From Azolla caroliniana (Eukaryota > Plantae > Polypodiophyta), in the NCBI GenBank assembly GCA_043228905.1, contig JBHGNT010000891.1:1-14208 (forward strand): a stretch of DNA of 14,208 bases. The letters run 5' to 3'. The stretch's first letter is position 1, and every line of letters begins with the position of its first letter. A program made the translations under genes and the position numbers. The notes under the pieces are model-generated. The model worked only from the letters and a program-made list of their open reading frames with translations, was not told where the DNA came from and made no database searches. Shown here piece by piece: positions 7,614-14,208 of this stretch.

Positions 7614-9320
7614 GTACTTCTTAAAAGTTGTGGATATGAAGGATAGACGAGAATTGGGAACTCTTCTTGAAGATGATACCCAAGCAAACGGGCTTGTGGC
7701 AAACTGGATTGCAGTGAAGCGAGCGTGGAACAACCTCAACAAGCATCGTTAGTGGGTTGATGACACCGACTTGGCAGGATCGACCGGGGAGAAAACGAGA
7801 CAACCGAAAGTAGTTGAGCCGCCCAAACAAAGCAACTCAGAAGAAAAGAAGATTGATGATGACATCATCGAAGAACTGGCGAAGAAGTTTGAGATGGTCA
7901 CGCTAGCCAACATGAATCGTCGGGGCCCCAAAGGAAAAGAACCCTTTAGATGCGTGTGGTGCAATAGCATGGACCACATGAGAAGGAATTGCGCGAGCCT
8001 TTGAGACGCCATTCGACAAAATATGGTATACATGGATGACAACATGATCTACTCAAGTGAGGCTAGAAGCCAACATGAATCGTCGGGGCCCCAAAGGAAA
8101 AGAACCCTTTAGATGCGTGTGGTGCGATAGCATGGACCACATGAGAAGGAATTGCGCGAGCCTTTGAGACGCCATTCGACAAAATATGGTATACATGGAT
8201 GACAACATGATCTACTCAAGTGAGACTAGAAGCCAACATGAATCGTCGGGGCCCCAAAGGAAAAGAACCCTTTAGATGCGTGTGGTGCGATAGCATGGAC
8301 CACATGAGAAGGAATTGCGCGAGCCTTTGAGACGCCATTCGACAAAATATGGTATACATGGATGACAACATGATCTACTCAAGTGAGACTAGAAGACCCC
8401 TATAGGTGAATTTTGGGAGAGGGTGAATGAAGAAAACCATGGAAGATGTCGAGGTGACTCATGTGAATGCGATGCACTATGCTGTATTGGCCTGAATAAG
8501 AGTCGGGAAAGACAAAGCTAAAGCTGCTAGAGCGAGAGCAAAGTTTTGGTCTACTATTCTCGAGTATGAGAACAAGGGAAAGGTCACTTCGAACGAGGTT
8601 GAGCTTGCGGACCGAAGTGTGCAAAGCATAACCAGATGGTTGGATCCTGTGGATGACAACACCATACTCGCCGAAGTGATGTGTGACAACCACAAGGTGT
8701 TCATGGATGAAAAGAGAAAAAGAATGGAAGGGCAAGACAAACCATCAAAAAGACATGAAACAAGGAGCGTGAAAAAGAAAGAAGATGCAAAAATGAGTCG
8801 AGCTTTACAAACGGAGGGAGACTCAAGCCGGAAAGGGGAGTCGAGCAAATGAGTCGAAGAAACGGTTCGGCCTTTGAAGGTTGGTGTCGAAGACCCCACT
8901 TGGGAGACGAGAATTATGCCTACCTATAAGCTAAGGTCGGACAAAGAGCAAACGACAGATCTGAAGAAGATTCTCGAGGAATGTGTTCTCGATAGCCACG
9001 TTACCTTGTCCTTGAGGGAATTGCTCGGTATTACGAAGAAGGAATTCCATGATACGATCGTGGACCTTATGAAGAGAAAAAGGAAACACTTGGACGAGGA
9101 AGAAGAGAAGTCGTTAAAAGCAAAACCAAATGCCATAACGATGTCAAGGGACAAAGTCGACGAAGATTTGGTGGACAACCACTATACTCGATCTCATTGG
9201 GCACGAGCGACAACAGAGATGCCGGTGAAGATCGGGGAGAAGAAAGAGACCGTGGTAGCCTTGATCGACCATGGCTCGGAGATCAACCTCATGTTGACTG
9301 AGTTCCCACAAATAGTCTAA
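7614..9320 (+). pseudogene. gag: Gypsy gag-protease remnant
   Basis: Zinc knuckle CVWC(N/D)SMDHMRRNC. YKLRSDKEQ...VTLSLRELLGI segment (DUF4100-like, recognised from memory). Protease HWARATTE...ALIDHGSEINLM, truncated shortly after the active site. Confidence 0.85.
7905..8393 (+). repeat. 3x163-bp tandem triplication containing the gag zinc knuckle
   Basis: Units start at 7905, 8068 and 8231. Units 2 and 3 are identical; unit 1 differs at 2 positions. Confidence 0.98.
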
Positions 9321-9358
9321 GCAATTACAAGTCCCCACAAGAAAGTAGAGCGTGTGGA

Positions 9359-12300
9359 TTGCAAGGAGAAGCAACATGTGTCACACCTAGTGGCGCATGT
9401 AAACTAGTACTACCCAACAAGAAGGACAAGCATTGGATACAAGACTTCGAGAAGATGCTGAAACAAGAAAACATAATCGAAGAAGAAGAATTTGTGACTC
9501 ATATTATGGAAGAGGCCTCATTTAACGACACCATCGGCGAAATTGAGGAAGTCGTGGACTTGAGCTATCTTCATGATCAACACATGATTTCGGTTAACTC
9601 CGTCAACATGTACGCTATCATCGATGAATATCATCGAGGCATCTTGATGGAGGAAGCTAGAGTCAACACAAAATATAAAATGGTGGATAGAAAGATCAAG
9701 CCAGTTGCAGTTCTGCTACCAAAAGATAGCTAGCAAAAGATGAAGGAAGTCGCTAATGATCCAAGCCTAAGGGATCCAAAGGCAATAGGTCATATCTTCA
9801 CTGAAGAGATGAAAAGAAAGCTACGAGTTGGGAAGGAGGATTTCCTCCTCCCTGAAGAGGAGCGAATGTTCCACGGAATGCTTGAAAGACATGGGAAGGC
9901 TTTCACATTTTTCCCACAAGAAATCGGATGTGCTGATCCAAGCACGATAGAACCGATGGTAATCTTCATGGTGCCGCACGTGCCTTGAAATTTGAAACCG
10001 ATACCGGTTCCGAGAGCACACTTACCGAAGCTGATTGAGCTCTTAAAGGAGAAGGTGGATATGGGAATTTTGGATCCGTCAAATGCTCCCTATTCTAATA
10101 GGTGGTTCACGATGCCAAAGAAGAATGGATCATTGCGATTCATCCAAGATCTTCAACCCGTCAACAAGGTGACAATTCGGAATGCTGGAATCGGTCTGAG
10201 TGTGGATGTGTACCTTACCTCAAGGTGGAACGAACTCGGTGGCTCATATGGTGAATGCCATGAACAAGGTCTTGAAGGATTGCATCCCGGGCATCAAGAT
10301 GCCATTCTTGGATGATATTCCGATTAAAGGATGTTCGGATAAGGAGAAGGATGAATTGAAAGAAAAGGAAGGGTGTAGAAAGTTCGTCGTAGATCATATG
10401 AAAGATTGCGAGAAGGTGCTCCAAAGACTCGAAGATGCGAATTTGACATTTTTGGGAGGAAAATTCGCATTCGGGCAACCGGAGATCTTGGTGGTAGGTC
10501 GCTTGTGTGGAGCATACGGCCGGAAGCCTTCACCATCCAAGGTGAACGTGATCCAAGACATGAAAGAAGAATGTGTAACCCAAACGGAGGTTCGAACGTT
10601 CCTTGGAGCATGCGCATTTTATCATATATGGATTCCGCACTACGCTCATGTCATCGAGCCATTATATGAATTGCTAAAGAAAAGAATGAAGTTTGAATGG
10701 TGAGACAAGCATACAAACGCGATGTGAAGATTGAAGAAACTACTTCTTGAAGCCCCAACACTAAGGAAGGCCGACTATACTAAAGGGAAGCCGATTTATG
10801 TGATTGTAGATATGAGCCCAACCGGAATCAGGTGGGTCATCAACCAAGAAGGAGAAGATAATGCGCAGTATGTCATCCGGTTTGGAGCAAAGGTTCTCAG
10901 CGAGCGACAACAAAGATACACCCAGGTCAAGCGGGAACTTTGGGGCATTGTGTCTGCAGTAAAGATGGACAAAGACTACCTGATCGGGTCAGAAGTGAAA
11001 TTGAGAGAGATTGTCTCCCAATCCTCGGGATGATCTCAAGATGTGCGACACTAGATCTAGCTATGCTAAGGTGGATCGCCTATATCAATTCTTTAAACCC
11101 AAAGATCCGCCACATTGCAGGAAAGAAGAACTCCATCGCTGACATGCTGTCGAGGGCAAGATTTGAGAATGAAAGTGACATGGTTTCGGTTGATGAAGAC
11201 GTCACCCTCGACATCTTCAAGATGGCCCAACTATCGGTGGAAGACAAGGACACACTAACCGTCCACGCCTTCAACGAGGACGAGTACGAAGGAGAGTGGT
11301 TACTGATCGACAGATTCTTAAGAACAATGACGACGGATGTTTCGTTGACGAAAGAGGAGGCTCTAGGAATCCGGAAGAAAGCTTACCAATACTTCCTGAA
11401 GGGAGGATTCCTCTGGCGACACCCAAAAAGAAGGACAGGAATGCCACATCGAGTGGTGGTTAAGAAAGAAGAGCAAGTGACACTGATGACCGAATTCCAT
11501 GAGAGTCCTTGGGCGGGTCATAGAGGAACATGGGCGACGTTCGAAAAGTTTAAGGAAAAGTACTTGTGGGCAAGCACGTACAAAGATGTACCATTTCGTG
11601 TCCACATGCGAAACTTGCCAAGTACATTCGAACATACATCATCGGGATGAGTTACGGCCGACATACTCGCTAACCATACACTTCAAATGGATGGTGGATT
11701 TGGTCTCGATTCCAATGGGAGTGGGACAAATGAAGTACTTAGTACTAGCAAGAGAAGACCTAACAAATCAAGTGGAAGGACGGGTCTTGGCAAATAAGAC
11801 GACGTCAGCTGTTTGCAAATTTCTACTCGAAGAGGTTGTTTGCTGATACGGATGTGTGGGAAAGATAGTGGCTGATCGAGGGGAGTTGGATGTATGTGAA
11901 GCAACGGAGCTCTTCGATCGACTAGGCATGAAGCTCTCCCTCACAATTGCCTACAATCTAGAAGCAAATGGGAAGATCAAGCGAGGGCATGGACCAATCA
12001 TCAAAGCCATCGTACGAGCATGCAACGGTCGAGTCAAGAACTGGTCATGACTATTGCTCTATGCCTTGTGGGCCGATAGAACTACACACAGTTCAGTGAC
12101 AGGATATGCCAACAGAGCTTATGTATGGACAGAAGCCGGAAATGACCATCGAAAGGACAATCGCCTCATGGGTAGCGATACCATAGGAGAACGAGATGAG
12201 CCGAGAAGAATTATTACCGGCACGGATAAGGCAACTTGAAAGGAGACCTGAAGATCTAGAAAAAACGCGAAAGATGATGGAGGAAGCCCAAGTGAAGAAC

Positions 12301-12648
12301 CAAATTCGGTCTGACAAGATGCATCAACTGCGTCCTAAGAAGATCGAAGAAGGAGATTGGGTATTGGTCTATGATAGCAGCCTTGACAATCAACATAAGA
12401 CAACAAGGAAGTTCGCAAGAAGATGGTTCAGACCGTATGTGGTGACAAGTGCCAACAACAATGCCACATACCACCTCGCGGAGCTAGACGGATCAAGGTT
12501 GGCCGTGCCAATTGCGGGAAAAAGAGTAAAGATTTTCAAGAAAAGACAAGACGAGGATCCTAACCTCGACCACCTCGACGATGAAGATAGTAGGATTGAA
12601 CCTATAGACTTGAGTTATGTGAGCGAGGAGATGGAGGAATCTGATTGA
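9359..12648 (+). pseudogene. pol: Gypsy pol remnant: RT, RNase H, integrase
   Basis: TKYKMVDRKIKPV, SNAPYSNRWF.PKKNGSLRFIQDLQPVNKVT, TLPQGGTNSVAHM, PFLDDIPIKG, RELWGIV, ADMLSR, HESPWAGHRG...CETCQ, WMVDL, ADRGEL, YALWADRTT, RRWFRPY (GPY/F-like). Stops and frameshifts throughout. Confidence 0.94.
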
Positions 12649-12708
12649 TCACCGTAGCCGAAATCTCACACTCTCTCCTCTTGGCACGTATCGGAGGACG
12701 TGCGGTTT

Positions 12709-12720
12709 GGTGGGGGTGGA
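12709..12720 (+). promoter_or_regulatory. Polypurine tract of element E
   Basis: GGTGGGGGTGGA directly before TGTTGTGA, about 60 bp after the integrase stop. Confidence 0.8.
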
Positions 12721-13352
12721 TGTTGTGAAGATTTTCGGCGATAGTGTGTAAATTGCGAGGAACATACAAAATCGAGTGCGGTTCTTCTCACAAGATATGA
12801 AATAGTAATAGTGAAGATACTATTCTAAATAATTTTAATACCTTGGTACGAAAAGATGAAGGTCTTCAAGAGTTTTTTAATGCACTTTACTACATAAGAA
12901 ACGAACAACTAAGTGTCAAGTTATGTGGGTATAAAGATTGCGAAGAAGAAGAGAAAAACAAAACTGTGAGATATCCCATATAGATAGGACAAATAAGGAT
13001 CCCAGAGTATATAAGCAGACCAATATCTCTTCATAATATATCTATGTGTTTGGAGCACATAAAGGTTGAGTTGTATGACTTGACGAATGGATGCAGCCAA
13101 GTTCATTGGTTTTGGACAAATCCGGACAAAACCAGACTGGTGGAAGGAAGGCGATGGAACCGAAACTGGAACCAGATGACAACCAGATAGCTACAAAATC
13201 GGATCGGGATGTAGACCGCACGGAACCAGCTTGGGTTGCGGGCCGGATGGGATCGAACCGGACAGATGCGGATCGTATGGAACCGAATGGCATGCGGACC
13301 GGGCCGAATCGAACGGATGGGACCGGACTAGACGAGTAGATTTATCGCAATG
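12721..13352 (+). repeat. Putative 3' LTR of element E (~630 bp)
   Basis: Starts TGTTGTGA after the PPT. AT-rich U3. TATATAA at 13008-13014. Candidate degenerate terminal inverted repeat TCGCAA(T/C)G at 13345-13352. Copia sequence begins at 13361. Confidence 0.65.
13244..13333 (+). repeat. Degenerate pentamer array, consensus (C/G)G(G/A)A(C/T)
   Basis: cggat gggat cgaac cggac agatg cggat cgtat ggaac cgaat ... cggac cgggc cgaat cgaac ... gggac cggac tagac. Confidence 0.7.
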
Positions 13353-13503
13353 CATGATGTTATCACTTCATTCGAGAGCGCGTATAGGCCGGAGATGTCG
13401 ACCTTCAGCACATCATCGGACGAGTAGATTTATCGTAACGCACGATGTTATCACTTCATTCGAGAGCTCGTACAGGCTGGAGATGTCGACCTTCAGCACA
13501 TCA
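13331..13503 (+). repeat. Tandem duplication with 88-bp period spanning the gypsy-LTR/copia-RNase H junction
   Basis: 13331-13415 versus 13419-13503: 6 substitutions in 85 bp. Confidence 0.95.
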
Positions 13504-13733
13504 ACACGAATCTTTAGACGGTTGACATCTTCACCAAAGCCTTAGGAGCCGATAAGCTTCAACAATTCATGTCAGACCTTGGATTGACAATCCCTGATTT
13601 GCCAAGCTTGAGGGGGAGTACAAGTGAGAACCGGATACCGTCCGAACCGGATACGAGCTGTAGCGGACATCGGATACCAGCCGAAGCGGACATCAATCGA
13701 AAGGAACTGACCTGAATTGAGCTTGAGGGGGCA

Positions 13734-14198
13734 TGTTGAGAATCAAGCTCAACATAGTGCAACGTGTGAACACACATTTTGAGAATCCATGATTACTTAA
13801 AGGTCAAGAGTCACACCACTACTCGCTACACATTAACTATGTGTCATAGAGTCACATAACTAATGAGTTACATATTCCCCATGACTATGAGTCTTCACAT
13901 TCCCCAAGAGAGAGAGTGGTTATTGTAAGTTAATGAAGAGAGGGTGACTATATATAAAGCACCCTCCTCATATTTCACACTAAGTTGGTTGTGACTCCTT
14001 GTAATGCTACAATTTTGTATCTCCATTCTACTTGTGTAATATACATCTTCTTCTTCTTGAGTATTTTATTTCTCTTGCTTATCTATCTTGTGTTCTCTTC
14101 TCTCCTCTATTTTTTTTTCTCTCTCTCTCTCTCACACACACACAAACATAACACACATATCTATTCCGTTACATAAGAATCACCATCGATTCTTTACA
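13734..14198 (+). repeat. 3' LTR of D2 (465 bp, TG...CA)
   Basis: TGTTGAGAAT...GATTCTTTACA, preceded by AGCTTGAGGGGGCA. TATATATAAA at 13949-13958. Confidence 0.93.
14110..14144. repeat. Compound T9-(CT)7-(CA)6 microsatellite inside LTR D2
   Basis: TTTTTTTTT CTCTCTCTCTCTCT CACACACACACA; the corresponding D1 sequence is short and imperfect. Confidence 0.85.
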
Positions 14199-14208
14199 AA
14201 ACCGAACT

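Larger units (their letters stand above)
7614..13352 (+). mobile_element. Element E: Ty3/gypsy LTR retrotransposon without chromodomain, from mid-gag to 3' LTR
   Basis: Gypsy order gag(CCHC)-protease-RT-RNase H-integrase-PPT-LTR. The right end is approximate. Confidence 0.92.
13449..14198 (+). mobile_element. Element D2: 3' end of a second D-family copia (RNase H C-terminus, double PPT, LTR)
   Basis: Collinear with 6860-7613 (YHFIRE...DIFTKALGADKLQQFMSDLGL..PSLRGS). Confidence 0.95.

Noticed and set aside
7905-8393. CRISPR-like array, or a functional multi-zinc-finger gag
   Set aside because: The units are contiguous with no unique spacers, out of frame with each other, and each contains a stop.
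2005-12050. In-frame TGA/TAG codons as programmed readthrough or an alternative genetic code
   Set aside because: Most replace expected Arg, Gln or Trp codons by single transitions and co-occur with frameshifts and deletions, which is ordinary decay of methylated transposons.
12540-12648. Chromodomain at the integrase C-terminus
   Set aside because: Only a short acidic tail follows the GPY/F-like region, with no chromodomain aromatic motifs.
13042-13545. ORFs 13091-13339, 13231-13545 and 13042-13293
   Set aside because: They are open because of the stop-poor pentamer repeat and the junction duplication; no domain is recognisable.
269-13777. Minus-strand ORFs (e.g. 269-691, 2244-2756, 6479-6910, 8477-8899)
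   Set aside because: They are antisense shadows of pol/gag or of repeats and show no independent motifs.
7161-14198. A single hybrid element with copia LTRs flanking a gypsy interior
   Set aside because: Both LTRs are preceded by the same RNase H end and PPT, so both are 3' LTRs. There is no PBS after 7613 and no TSD (GGGCG versus AAACC), and the gypsy has its own PPT and LTR.

Overview
Eukaryotic, most likely plant, transposon-only region. It holds a same-strand mosaic of decayed LTR retrotransposons and no recognisable host gene, RNA gene or intact ORF. Left to right: (A) 3' end of a Tnt1/Tork-like Ty1/copia (RT C-terminus, RNase H, PPT, 621-bp LTR at 1120-1740); (B) Tnt1/Tork-like copia interior from the gag zinc knuckle to the RT N-terminus; (X) ~240 bp unassigned coiled-coil-like frame; (C) an RT fragment of a second copia lineage; (D1) 3' half of a related copia (integrase C-terminus, RT, RNase H, double PPT, LTR 7161-7613); (E) a chromodomain-less Ty3/gypsy from mid-gag to its 3' LTR, with a 3x163-bp triplication of the gag zinc knuckle; (D2) a second 3' end of the D family (LTR 13734-14198). 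All four LTRs follow a PPT and none is followed by a PBS, so the window reads as the right-hand side of a nested insertion stack. Several non-LTR junctions carry locally templated filler or microhomology. I see no convincing new biological system. The most interesting signals are the nesting order, the junction signatures and the inverted repeats in the copia LTRs. Lineage and host assignments come from motif recognition only; no search was run.
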